Shown: positions 23,816 to 36,920 of the stretch, one piece after another | How the letters are laid out: each line of letters opens with the position of its first letter | How positions within the stretch are numbered: the first letter of the stretch is position 1 | Assembly (NCBI GenBank): GCA_013239625.1 | Contig: MU053881.1 | Location: 3,288,001-3,352,000, forward strand | From: Lama guanicoe | Taxonomy: Eukaryota | DNA: 64,000 bases | Direction of reading: 5' to 3' | Notes under the pieces: generated by a model | What the model was told of the DNA's origin: nothing | Seen by the model: the letters and a program-made list of their open reading frames with translations, nothing else | The model's database searches: none | Made by a program: the position numbers and the translations under genes

Positions 23816-25454
23816 AACCCTGAATGAACTGTGCTGCATTTGTTAATGGGCTTTAAAAGCTACGATACTTCAGATCTACACGTAAGAAAACATGGGCATT
23901 TTCAAGGATATGTTGCTTTTTTTTTTTTCTTGTTAGTGGCAGTTTCTCCTGTTAAATATGCCACGTGTTGGGTTGCCTTTGAATATCTAAACAGGGAGTT
24001 GATTTGGGCTTGTTTGAAACATACTCTTGTTTTCCTTCTGTCTCAAAAGTATATATTTTTTAAAACGAAATCCTTCTTTGCTTCAGGAATTACTCTACAT
24101 TTCATTTCACAGATTTGAAAGATTTCTAAAATCCTTGCTTTTTCTTTCAAAGAGCCCAGAGATTTTTAAATAACATAAAAAAAATGACAGAAAAGACTGT
24201 AGCTTGCTGTGTGTGATCGTGCACATTTACGGCAACCACGGTATGTGTAGTATTTAAGAGTAAACTATAACAAGAATTAATTTCTGGAGGAAATATATAG
24301 GGTGTGATCGCTGGGCTTAGCCAAAAGTCTTACAGGGCACATCCGTCAATTCTGCCAAACCTGCTTACTTCATGTGCTGACCTCCCTCCCCCATCCTGTG
24401 TTTTTTTTTGTTGTTGTTGTTGTTGCTCATCTCAAAGAAGGAGAATGACTGAACAGCAGGTGATGTAGAAATTTAGGGTTAAGTTTATCATGTGGAATAT
24501 CACACAACAGATGGTGTCTTTTTAAATTCCATATTTGCCTTCCCCAGGCTTTGGCATATAATGAACATATCTAGAGTGAGCTCCCATAAAGCATCATGCC
24601 TTTTCTTTCTGCTGCCTAACTTTCTGCACATCTTTATTCTTTTCAGTTTAATTTTCTTCTTTGATTAGCAGTCCGGCAACATCAGCTGCGATGCGCAGGG
24701 TTGTCGTTGTCCAACCAACGAAACAAGGCACAAAAGTCGCCACCATTTATTTCACTGGCAGAGTGAAAAATAAAGACACGTCTAGAATCCTATTAAATAA
24801 TTGTCAAATTCAGTCCACTGGGAATGAGAAGGTATTTCGGGTTCCTGGCATGTTGGATGGATAAAGGGTATCTTATGCAATGTTGATTTTACTGACAGAC
24901 TCTTTCTGAGAATATAATTTACAACTATGAAAGCAAAATTAAAGTTATGACATTTCATTTAACTGTCATTAAGAGCCTTCGTAATGCTAAATATATGTGA
25001 GACACTTTAGCAAGACAGAGACCATTTAAAAGAGGTGTTCTTTTCCTTTTCCATCTAAGAAGACGCCTTTCCTGGTCACATAGATGCACAACTCTTAATG
25101 GTGATGGACTAACAGGAAGTGTTAAGGAAGGGTCACTGAGCTCTGGGCTCCAGTTGGTAGATTTAGAGTTTATGCAGGAAAGTCATTGGCTTTTCTTAGG
25201 TTTTAAGCAAGTCATGGTCTCTGAGTCTCAGTTGTCCTGATCCATTAAATGGGAGGAACAAACCCTCTGCATTAACTTCTTCAATGGAAGGAGTCCCTCG
25301 AGCAAACTGATATGCAGTCCAATCTCAGGGACTTTTCTGAATTCTGCACTTGCTGGGGGCTCCATCACGATTTCCTCCCCCAGGTCTGAACCAGCAACAT
25401 TTCAGCTTGATCCTTCCACTCACTAGGAGCCAGTCCAACCGTGGGGACCTGGAA

Positions 25455-25630
25455 TGCAGAAAGCCCAGGCTTTATTTCAGATGACCATGGGTTCACATTA
25501 CAGCTACCACTTTCAAGCTGTGTGAGAGTAAACAAATGTCTGTACCTCTCTGAGCCTGTATGCCCATTTGTGAAATGGAAATAAACATGCAGGTCCTTGT
25601 GAGGGTTTCAATGAAGCTAATGTCTATAAA
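25455..25630 (+). mobile_element. MIR SINE fragment
   Basis: gctgtgtga...acctctctgagcctgtatgcccatttgtgaaatggaaataa. Confidence 0.6.
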
Positions 25631-26765
25631 CGCCCTGAGTCCTGAGATGTTGGCCCACTGATAATTGGCAGGATCTGTACTTTGCAGGAGTTGACTCCAA
25701 TATTTATTGCATTACTAATGATGGAGCTGCCAGGCATTTGTATTCTCGCCTGTTTGCTTGAAGCAGATGGAAACAACGTTTAGAGGGCATGTGGTTTGCG
25801 GTTCTCTCCGACACTGCTCTCTTTCGCTGTGTTTATCTAGTATTGTGGAAGCAAGTAGCTTTTTACATCTGTGTGGTTAAAACAATTGCATTAATTTTCC
25901 GCTAGATACTGACTACATCAATCTGTCTGCGGTGTTTTAGTCTGGGAAGCCTGCTTACCTTGCAGAATTTGTTTCAGGAATAATGAGCTGATGGCAGGTC
26001 AGCTCTGGGCTGTTGAAACTGAGACCTGCTTTTCTGTACGATCTGGTTACTGTGGTCATTTGAAGGGACTAACCCAGTGGGTCATGAGATGGGAGCATTA
26101 TATAGATTAGATGCACCTCTGTGGATTTCCTTGAGATTTCCTGAATAGAAACATGACATAATCAACCTGTTTGTTTTTACAGAGGATTGGGGGAATGACA
26201 GGCATTACAGCTCAGAGAAACCCCTCTGAGATCTTGTTACTGGGCCAGTCTAGTCCGCTTGCCTTCTGTCATGTTAAGTAACTTCCACACGATGTCCTGA
26301 ATTAAAAAAAAAAAAAAAAAAAGGAAAAAAGAAGCAACATTTGGACTTGAGTCGGTTACATCATTCAAGATTTGGGAGTTGTAATTTAAATAGTATTAGA
26401 AGCTCAAGAATAATCTCTGGTTTAAAAGGGTTTAACTTTTTAATCACTATGAGAACATATCCAAAACCAGTTAAATTTTTTCTCATGCTCATAAAACATA
26501 CATTCTACCAGCTCTCGGAATTGGAAAACATTTTCAGCCGTTGAAAAGGCTCTTCCCTGAGCGATGTGCGCAGAAGTGAGCCCACCAGCAGAAACGCCAA
26601 CAAGGTGGCCAGTGGGGGCGGGACCAAGAAGGACTGAACTGTAGGGCAGAGGTTTTAATTTTGTTAAAAATTTTTTTTAAAGATAAGGAGTTTGGATAAA
26701 GTATCTTATAGCCCTTGAAAATAAGTTTTTTTCATCTCTACCATAAAGGGGTTAGAAGATGTGGT

Positions 26766-27216
26766 TTTACTGAACCAAATGTAGGTCTGCTCGCCCTCGT
26801 GCAGTAAGCCAACCTACTGACCCCGGGCTGTGGTGAAGGCAAGTGCAGTGTTTATTGCAGAGCGCCGGGCAAGGAGTTCAAGCAGCTAACACTCAAAAAG
26901 CTCTAACTCTCCACTGGGTTTCAGTGAGGCATTTTTAAAGGCAAGGTGAGGTAGCCCCGGGTGTGTGATCAGCTCGTGCACAAGTCTCTGGTTGATGGGT
27001 TCACATTATTAATCTTTAGGCACCGGTAGGGGCTACATGTTCATGTCATCAAGTAGTTAATTTCTTCCTTTCATTCCCTGGTGGTTTTGGCATCTGAAAA
27101 ACTCAGGAAATACGCATCAGATACTATCATCTAAGTATTTCAGAGAGGAGCTACAGCAGCAGATTTGGGGACAGGGTCTGTCCCAGGAAGGCCCCATAGG
27201 GTCCTGCTTGGTTACC
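26766..27216 (-). mobile_element. ERV1 solo LTR (LTR39/MER101-like)
   Basis: ttactgaaccaaatgtaggtctgctcgcc...gtttattgcagagcgccgggcaaggag...tttttaaaggc...gggtcctgcttggttac. Confidence 0.65.
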
Positions 27217-27626
27217 ATCTCTAAGATATTTTTTTGGCTTGGCAATTCTAGATACGAGCTCCATAACCGGCAAAACGTGAGTCCGGCAGGTTTTCCATAT
27301 CTGTTCTCTGTGCTCTTAGGAATCTAACAGAGTGATATTTCCAAAATGCAAATACTAGGTTATGCCCTTGCTCATCACTCTTCAGTGACTTACAGTTGCT
27401 TTCAGGAAAAACAAAACACTCATGCAAGGCCCTTCAGGGGCAGACCCCTGGTGCTCTCTGTGGCTTCATCTATTGCCACGACCTCACTAAGCACTGCCTC
27501 TAAAGACGTTCTGAACTTCCTACTGCTGGTGGAATGTGCAAAGTTCTTTCTTGTCGCTATGCTTCGTGTATGCTGTTCCCTCTGCCTGGAACACCCTTCC
27601 CTGTTGCCTCTGCCTGCTCTCACCCC

Positions 27627-28087
27627 TCTTTTTATTTTTGTAATTGAAGTATAGTCAGTTACAGTGTGTCAGTTTCTGGGGTACAGCACAATGTCCCAGT
27701 CGTGCATACATATATTCATTTTCACATTCTTTTTCATTAAAGGTTATTACAAGATATTGAATATAGTTCCCTGGGCACTAGGGAAGAAATTTGTTTTTTT
27801 TTAATCTACTTTTATATATAGTTATCATTTGCAAATCTCAAACTCCCCAATTTATCCCTTCTCATCCCCTTTCCCCCAATAACCATAAGATTGTTTACTA
27901 CGTCTGTGAGTCTGTTTCTGTTTTGTAGATTTCTTTTTTCTGGATTTTTTTTTTTTTAGATTTCATGTATGATTGATATCATATGGTATTTTTCTTTCTC
28001 TTTCTGGCTTACTTCACTCAGAATGATGAACTCCAGGTCCACCCACGTTGCTGCAAATAATATTATTTTATTCTTTTTAAATTGCTG
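27627..28087 (-). mobile_element. Artiodactyl/camelid L1 3' end, inserted within L2 remnants
   Basis: ttttgtaattgaagtatagtcagttacagtgtgtc... is the reverse complement of the 7343-7892 family; flanked by L2-like sequence ending gttgaatgaatgaa near 28370. Confidence 0.85.
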
Positions 28088-28879
28088 ATCCTACCCATCT
28101 TTTAAGATTCAGTCAAGCATAATGGCAGAAGGCCTCCCTTGGCCCTTGTTCCCGACTCTACCACTCCTCTTATTTCTTTTAAAGGCTTTACCGTGCTGTA
28201 ATGAAATTATCTCTGAACTTCCTTCTCTCTCTCCCTAGATTATGAGTTTATTGAGAGTAAAAGCTGCCTTCTTTTGGTTCCCCTTTTCTGTATATTTCTC
28301 TCTATATTTCTAAGCATCCAACACACAGCTTGGCTTATAGAAATTGCTCATTAGACCTTTGTTGAATGAATGAAAGAATGAGCAAGTCAAAACAGGAAAT
28401 GTTGGAGCCATGACTCTAGTGAAGTTTATTTCTGGAGCCCTTGGTGTCTGTGCATAGTTCTGCTAAGCTCTCTCTAACATCCTTGGGTACAATCCCCTTG
28501 TGGTCTCTGAGGCCTGCAGTGCCCTGGGGTCTGAGTGGCTGTATAGAAGTCATTTTGCATACACACATGCACAAACTCCCACCCCAGCCCCGCCACGTTC
28601 TTGTATGTCTTTATGTGATAACTGGTGCCATCTGCAATCAGTAACCTTTTGTGAGCCCTTCTGTGACTCAGGCCATGTGCTTGATGCTAAGAGTGAATCA
28701 GACACTTTCCCAGTGTTTGAGGAGCTGAAAGAAGTGATATGTATGCAAATAAACCATCACCAAGGAATATTTTAGAAACGAAATGTAAGAAGATGGGAAA
28801 TGTTTTCTTTCAGGTCATGTCAATAGCTCCATTCGATGGAGCCCCAGGGACCACCCACCTGCCTGGAGTCATGCTGTGT

Positions 28880-29065
28880 GCTGTGTTCATTATCTCATTC
28901 CATTCGCATGTTCATCCCGGGAGGTGGGCACCATCACCAACGTCCCCATTTTACAGGTCAAAATGATGAAGCTTCAGAAAGGGCATGTAACGTGCTCAAG
29001 GTCACACAGCTAGCAGACGATGGGACAGATTGAAATTTAGGGCTATCTGACATCAAAGCTTATTC
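28880..29065 (-). mobile_element. MIR SINE
   Basis: ccccattttacagg...gctcaaggtcacacagctag. Confidence 0.65.
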
Positions 29066-31109
29066 TTTTAACAGGAACGTGTTCTGTTTATCAGCCACTA
29101 GCCCTAACCCAGCAAGTAACTTGCTAAGGGGGCTTCCATTTCGCCTCGGACGCTGGTGGATTAAAAACCACTTTTTATTATTGACATTGCCAATTAGGCA
29201 CCACAAACAGAGAAAGCTGTAAAGAAGATGATAAATCCCCGTGCACCCATCCTAGTACCCAGACTGAAACGTTAGCAAGTCTGAAGTTGGTGGTGTCCAG
29301 AGGACATTTAAATTTCAAAAACGTGACCTCGTGGAGTTCAAAGATAACAGAATAAGGAGATGGCTTATTTGAAGGTCGAAACGCTATGTTCAGAGATCAG
29401 TTTGATGGGGGCACACTTGCTCAGTTTAATTCAGCAAACATCTATCCACACCTGCATGGTGCTCAGTGCTGCTCTGGGAAGGGGAGCGGGGAGGGAGGGA
29501 TGATAGGACAGGGCAGGAAGGGGGAAGGTGCTTAGCGAGGGAGACAGTGCTGCTGCAGGGGCGTGGGGACAGGGCGGAGCTGGGAAGGAGGTGGGCCTGA
29601 AGGATGGACAGGACCTTGGCAGCAACAGACAGGAGGTGAGAACAGCCTAGGTTGGAACTTGGGTTCTAGCAAACATGGGGCTGAGGAATGGGTGCTGGGT
29701 GGATTTTCTGGATACAGGACATGGAGTAGAGATGAATTTAAACTCACTAGCAGGTTTGGTCCAAATGAAGTCCCACGGGCTGTCAAATTAATTGCTTTGG
29801 GGGTGATCTCCACTGTGTACAGGGGCCTGTTCAGTGTATCTGGATAACTAACCAGATGGTCAAGTGATAACAGCTGGTTGTGACATGAGCCCCTCCCTCC
29901 CTCCCCTGCTCCCTGCAGCCTCACTCACCTGTTGTCTGCTCTCAGACAGACTCTGGTGACACCCTTTGGCTCTCCTTCCAACTGGGACACCCTTCCTCCT
30001 GTCCTCTTCATCGGTTAGAGCCTCATCTCAGTTGCCACCTAACTGGGAGCCATTCTCCAGGCCTTCCTCCCCTGGGCTGGTGGTCCACTGCAGGACATGC
30101 ATTCTGTCATGTGCTGTCTGTGTCCGCTGTTTCTCAGGGGAGCTCTGGGAGGCATGGAGTGTGTCCTGTTCAACACTCTCTTCCCGGGGCCCAGCACAGC
30201 CTGGTACACAGGAGTGTCCATGTTAATACACTTTTTTAATGAATGGGTGGATTAATAACTTTATGAAAATGAAGAACTGCTTATACACATACCTTACTTT
30301 TCACCGGGGGGTTGACTCTGCTGAGGTGATAGGGGCTGATGCCCTGGTAAGTTACATTTCTCCAATACAGATACAGTCGCAGGAAAATCATTGGAACAGT
30401 GTTTAAATGGCAAACTAGAGCCCTCTCTCAGGTCGCTGTGCATGGAGAGCGAGTGATCAACCCTTTCACATGGGAGAGAGAGAGGAAATGTCAACCAAAT
30501 GTCACCAATATGTCCTGAGATTATCTAACCGCATGCCTGCTGCTTTGAGACTGAGTTTTTAGGTCAGATGTATTTAGCATTATAAACACGTTGACTGTAA
30601 TTAAGATAATGTCCAGCCCCATTGGTAAGATGCTGCTTTAACTCACACTGCTGTTGACTTTTAAAAGCGTGCCTTGCTAATTCTGCCCAAACAGATGTGG
30701 GTTTTTCCTCTGTTGATGGTGGGGTCGCTTCGAAACAGTGTGTTCCTGACTGTTACAGAGGAAGATGACAGAGGACCCACTCTGAGAGGGGACCAGGGGC
30801 AAGAAGGTGACAGTTTATTTAAATAGCCTGGTCGGAATACTTTCAACACAGAAGTAAAATTTCAGGCCATTTACAGAAAGCATTCATTGCACCCATACTG
30901 ACGTTAAAGCTAATTTGCGTCTCCTGGGACCACACAATTTAGGCTGTCACACTTGGATGTGGCTCAGTCAAAGTACAGCAGCAGAGCCTCTGGGTTAGGG
31001 ATGGGAAGCAGCCACTTTGCTGCCCTGCTCACGGGAATGTAACTGATCTGGCATTGAAGGGAGATTTGAAAGTAACAACCAAACTTTAACCATGCATAGA
31101 ATTTAAAAA

Positions 31110-31295
31110 CTTGAAGTATAGTTGATTTGCAACATTGTGTTAGTTTCAAGTGTACAGAATAGTGATTCACTTATACATATATATACTCTTTTTCACATTC
31201 ATTTCCATTATAGGTTACTACAAGTTACTGAATGTGGCTCCCTGTGCTGTACAGTAGGACCTTGTTGTTTATCTCTTTTATATACAGTAGTTAGA
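31110..31295 (-). mobile_element. Short L1 3' tail (artiodactyl type)
   Basis: ttgaagtatagttgatttgcaacattgtgttagtttcaagtgtacag...acagtaggaccttgttgtttatct. Confidence 0.8.
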
Positions 31296-31757
31296 TCTTG
31301 ATTCAGCAGTTCCACGGCTAGGAGTCTGGCTTACGCACATTCTCACCTCTGTGCTCAGAGATGCTTGTGTAAAGGATGCAGCCTTGCTTTAAAAGCCCGC
31401 TGGAGACAACCTCAGTGGGACAAGTAACTAAGATGTACCCCTGGTAGGTGTAGTTAGCAAGAAAGGTGGATCTGTATGTGCTGTTGTGAAAGGACATTCA
31501 TGAAGTGAAAAAGCAAGTTATGAAACAATATGGACAATATGGTCCTTTATATTTAAAATGGTGTCAGAAGTATATACTTCTTATGTCCATACGTAGAAAA
31601 AGATGTAAGAAAAATGCCCACCTACCTGAAAACAGTGGTATCTCTGGGGAGACCAAAGGGGGGCAGCTTTCACTTTCCTTTGTGTATTTCTCAATTTTTT
31701 ACAATAAGCCTGTGTTTATATCATGTGTAATTAACAATTTTTTGTAAGGAAGCATGC

Positions 31758-31970
31758 CTTGAGATTTGCAAATGATAACCACTATATATAAAAATAGATA
31801 AAAACAAAGTTATTCTGTATAGCACAGGGAATTATATTTAATATCTTGTAATAACCTTTAGTGAAAAAGAATATGAGAATGAATATATGTATGTATACAC
31901 ATGACTGGGACATAATGCTGTACACCAGAAATTGACACATTGTAACTGAGTATACTTCAAAAAAAAAAAA
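31758..31970 (+). mobile_element. Short L1 3' tail with poly(A) and TSD
   Basis: Same 3'UTR as 7650-7870; A tail; TSD aagcatgc on both sides. Confidence 0.85.
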
Positions 31971-32084
31971 GCATGCTGACCCAGAAATGAAGCAGGTAGA
32001 GTTCTAGCTGTGGTTGCTGGGGAGGGCTTGGACACATACCCAGAACACCTTACATGCTCTTTTTAAAAAACTGCAGTGTAGTAT

Positions 32085-32400
32085 CCTATTTTTATATATA
32101 GTGGTTAACATTTGCAAATCTCAAACTCCCAAATTTATCCCTTCCCACTCGCTTTCCCCTAGTAACCATAAGATTATTTACTATGTCTGAGAATCTGTTT
32201 GTTTTGTAGATGAGTTCATTAGTGTCTTCTTTTTTCTTTTTTTAGATTCCACATATGAGGGCTATAGTATAGTATTTTTCTTTCTCTTTCTGTCTTACTT
32301 CACTTAGAATGACGATCTCTGGGTCCATCCATGTTGCTGCAAATGGCATTATTTTATTCCTTTTTTATGGCCAAGTAATATTCCATTGTATAAATATACT
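32085..32400 (-). mobile_element. L1 3' fragment
   Basis: atttgcaaatctcaaactcccaaatttatccc...ccatgttgctgcaaatggcattatt. Confidence 0.8.
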
Positions 32401-34029
32401 ACTCACGTGTTCTTGATGGTAAGTCAGAGCTCGATCTGGCTGAGGCTGGGGGAGGTTCAGGACTGGCTTGCAGACACTCAGCCGGCCAGTAGAGAACCAG
32501 CACTTCTGGCCTCCCTGCTCCAAAGCCCTTCTCTTTTCCACCAGGCAGACCCTCCTCCATCACATGGTGGGAGTGTGTTAGTTTCCCACACAAAAGATCC
32601 TTCCCACAAAGCCCATATTTGGAATAATTTTCTAGATCAAAAGCATCTCATTTAGAGAACAGTCGTTTCCATGGCCTTTTGATAGATTCGAGCATTTTCT
32701 CTGTTCAGCTTTTGAGGAATGATGGAAAGCACTCATGCTGGAGTCCTTGGGGACTGCAGGGTGGGGTTCACTTATGAGAACCCATCTGATGTCCTCACAT
32801 CTGATGAGAGGCACCCCTTCTCAGTGGCCTGGACTGTCATAAGACCAGTGTAGATCCTACATACTCTTATTGGCATGGTTTCAGTGCCCATCACATCACA
32901 CATATTAAATGTTCTCACATCCTCTTACATACAACTTTCTTACTACAAAAAAAGATTTTTAAGTGTCTTGAAATTATCCATAATTCCAATTTTGCAGTTC
33001 CTTTGTCATGTTTTGGAACCAATAGTTTTCCCTCCTCCAGTCTCAAACATTTCAGGGTGCTCTGGAAAAGCTCAGAGCCCCAGGGACCTCTAGTCCCTCA
33101 TCCCTGAGCAAGCTACAGCCAGAGTTTTCTCCGAGTTTGGGGAGCAGAAATGCCGTGTGCTATTAGGCACAGCAAGAGAGGCCACTACCGTTCTCCCCGT
33201 TGGAATCTCTCTTGTTCCCTAGCTAGGTTTTCACTGCCCCGGTGTTTTAAGAGTCTCTTCTAAAATGCCGTCTACCACAGTGACACAAACCATTTTGGAT
33301 TATTTCGGAACTGAAAAACACCCTAGCGTTTGTTCAGAGGTTTAACCTTTTGGGAGGTTTTCAAATTCGATTTTTCTCATCACTGACATAGACATGAAAT
33401 GTTTCAGTGATATTTTGGTGCTAAATGCTCCCACAGGCTTATTGGAGACATTTCCAGAGAATAGCTATGAAGGCTTCAGGTGGTAAATGTAACATGTGAG
33501 GAGAAAAGCATCGAGGGCTGGACTGAAGGAAAAGGCAGGCTTCCTTATTTGATCTTTCATTCTAAAAGGAGGAAGAAACTTAACGTGTGAGGCCTCAGAT
33601 TCTATAACCCGTAAGAGACTAGAACAGCGAGTCACAGGTAGAGGGGATGCAGAGGCCAGATACGGGTTAGGGAGAGCAGCTAATCGTCATACGAGGACTG
33701 AGTTACTTGAGACACAGCTTTATGTAGGGGAGGGTCTTTGGGGACCTGGCCCGAGCATCAGTTCACGTTAATGGCTGATTGCTTTGGGGAGATGAACGTT
33801 ACATGTCACATGACCTCTGCTCAGACTCCCTCTGGCTTCACAGTAGAGAGCAGTGAGAAGTAGGTAGCTAGCTTTATTTCCCTTGTTTTCATCCTGACAG
33901 TTATTATATTACAGACGTGTATTCCACAGAGATGCCACGGTCCATAGCAAGGAGACGGGGCTGGGGAGAGGGCGGATGAAGGAGGGAGGGGAGCTGGCAG
34001 AGGAGGGGACTTGTAGTTTGTCAAGAACT

Positions 34030-36920
34030 TAAGTGCATGATACAGAGAATTCTTACATACTCTGCACCCAGTTTTCCTCATTGTTAACCTCTTACGCTAG
34101 CATGGTCATCATTAACGAACTAACATTGATATACTGTTATTTGCTAAAATCGACATGTAGTTAATTCATATTTCTTGAGTTTTTATCTAATATTCACTTT
34201 CTCTTTCAGGGTCGCATCCACGTGACCATGTGACATTTAGTCACTATGTCTCTTTAGGCTGCCCTTGGCTGTGACAGCCTCCCAGACTTTCACTGGTTTT
34301 GATGACCTTGACCGTCTTAAGGAAGGCTGGTGAGGCATTTTGTAGACCATCCCTCACCTGGGATTGGTCTGCTTTTCTTATACTTAGACTGGGGTTCTGG
34401 GGCTGTGGGAGGACGCCCCCGAGGTAAAGTGCCGTTTTTTCCATCCCATCATGTCAAGGGTATAAACCACCAACGGGATTTATCACCTGGATCACCTGGC
34501 TGAAATCGTGTTCGTCACGTCTCTCCACTGTAAAGTAATCTCTTCCCTCTCTTTCATACGGTGCTCTTCGGAGGGATGTGATTATGAGCAGCCTGCACTT
34601 AAGGAGTGGGGATATCCTACATAAATTATTTGGAATTCTTCCGTATGGGAAATGTGTCCATTCTCCCATGCTTGTTTGTTTATTCATTTACCTAGCTATT
34701 TATTTATATCCGTATGGCTCATGGGTGTCATATTTTACTCTGAGTTGTATAATTCAATACTACTTTGTTTATTTTGCTGCTCAAATTTTCCACCTTTGGG
34801 GAAAAAAAATTTTTTTTTGGTAGAGGTACTCGGCATTGAACCAAGGACCTCATGCTAAGCATGCGCTCTACCACTGAGCTATTTCCCTCCCCCTTTTTTC
34901 TTTATAATTTTCCTTTTTTTGTGGGGGAGGTAATTAGGTTTGTTTGTTTGTTTACTTATTTATTTATTTATCAATGGAGGTACTGGGGATTGAGCCCAGG
35001 ACCTTGTGAATGCAAAGCACGCACTCATTTACTTATACACTCCCCATAACCAACCAAAAAAAAAAAAAATTGTCCCCCTTTGACCACTGGGAGCTCTTTC
35101 AGTTGGCTTCTGTGTCCCTTTGACATTTCTCCATCATTATGAGGTTTTGTTTTTTTTTTCTCCCAGTCCTTCCTTTCTGGAACTACAAGATGCTCCAGAC
35201 TCATCTCCTGTATCTCCTGCCCCAGCTCTAGAATCAGGTATGTGGAATAGGAGTGATGAAAGAGGAAATGCTCCCCTGGCTGCTTATCTTAAGGGGATAA
35301 CATCCAGCCTCTCACTATTAAAATATGACATTAGCTGGAGGATTTTTGGAGCCATTCATTATTATTTATTATTTTCTTAAGGTTAGAAATTATGAATTTG
35401 CTTTTATTTTTTAGTAAAAAATTTTTAGAGTCAGATTCTTTTCGTTTTATTATCTTTTTATTGAAGTGTAGTCAGTTTACAATGTTGTGTCAATTTCTGG
35501 CATACAGCATGATGCTACAGTCATACATATGCATACATGTATTCCTTTTCATAATTCTTTTCATTGTAGGTGACTACAAGGAACTGAATGTAGCTCCCTG
35601 TGGTCTACAGAAGGCACTTGTTGAGATATTCATTATTAAGTTCACCTCTCTTCCTAGTTGGCTAAGAGGTTTTAAAACCATGAATGGCTGCTAGATTTTA
35701 TTAATGCTTTGGCTACATTAATTGATACTGTGATTTTTTTTTTCTTTAGCCTGATCATGTGGTGGGTTACGCTGACTGATTTTTGACTGTTGAACCAGGG
35801 TTACACTCTAGAATAAATCTCACGTGGCTGTAGTGTGAAATTCTCTTTGTATAAAATTTTGGATTTGATTAGTTGATATATTTTTGAGCATTTTTGCATC
35901 TAGGTTCATGACCGATGCTGGTCTCAAGTTTTCCTATTTTGAAATGTCTTTGCTTGGTTTTGGAGCAGTGCTGGCCTCATCAAATGAGTGAGGAATTGGT
36001 TCCCTGCTTGCATTTTCTGGAAAGAGATTGTAGAGGAGTGGCATTATTTCTCCCTTAACTATTTGACAGAATTTACTAGCAAAATCATCTGGGCCTGGCA
36101 CTGTCTATTCTGGAAAGCTATTAATTATTGATATGCAGGTTATCTCTTTGTGTGTAAGTTTGAGTTTGTGTCTTTTAAGAAACTGGCCCTTTCATGTAGG
36201 CTGTCAAATAGAGCATGAAATTAGTCATGGTGCCCCTTTATCATTAGTGTCCGTGGACTCAGTGATGATCTTTCTTTCATTGATGGTATAATAATTTGTG
36301 TCTCCTTTTTTTCTGTTTATCAAATTTTAAATCAATTTTACTGATTCTTTCAAAGAGTCCACTGTTTTGGTTTTGTTCATTTTCTTTAATGTTTTTCTGT
36401 TTTGCATTTCATTGACATTGACTTCTGCTCTTAAAAAAAATAATATGTTGTCTTTTGTTTCCTTTGGGCTCAAGTTACTCTTACTTCTCCAGTTTCCTAA
36501 AGTAGAAGCTAAGGCTATGATTTTAGATTTCTTTCTTTTTTTGATATATGCATTGAATGTTATAAATTTCCCTTGAATAACTGGTTTTGCTGCATCGCGT
36601 ATATTTGGATAACTGCATTTTCATTTTTATTTGGTTCAAAATAATTTTTTTAACTTCACCTGGGACTTCTTCTTTGACCTGTGTGTTATTTAGAAATGTG
36701 CTATTTAATTTACAGATGCTTGGGAGTTATCTTTTGGCTACTGAGCTGTAGGTTAATTCCATCGTGGTTTGAGAACATATTTTGTATGTTTCTATACTTC
36801 AGCATTTTTAAAGATTATGTTCGGTGGCCCAGAATGTAGTCTATCTTGGTGGATGTTCCAGGTGAGCTTGAGAAGAGTGTGTATTCTGCTCTTGTTTGAT
36901 GGAATTTTCTGTACATTCTA
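34030..36920 (-). mobile_element. Cluster of old L1 fragments (3' end and ORF2) with younger inserts
   Basis: acagagaattcttacatactctgcacccagtt...; gtggaataggagtgatgaaagagg; tggcccagaatgtagtctatcttggtggatgttcc. Includes SINEs and a short L1 tail at ~35455-35620. Confidence 0.7.
34811..35045 (-). mobile_element. Two adjacent vic-1-like SINEs
   Basis: gaggtactcggcattgaacc...ctctaccactgagcta..ccc (34811-34892) and ggaggtaattaggtttg...ggaggtactggggattgagcccaggacc (34915-35045). Confidence 0.8.
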
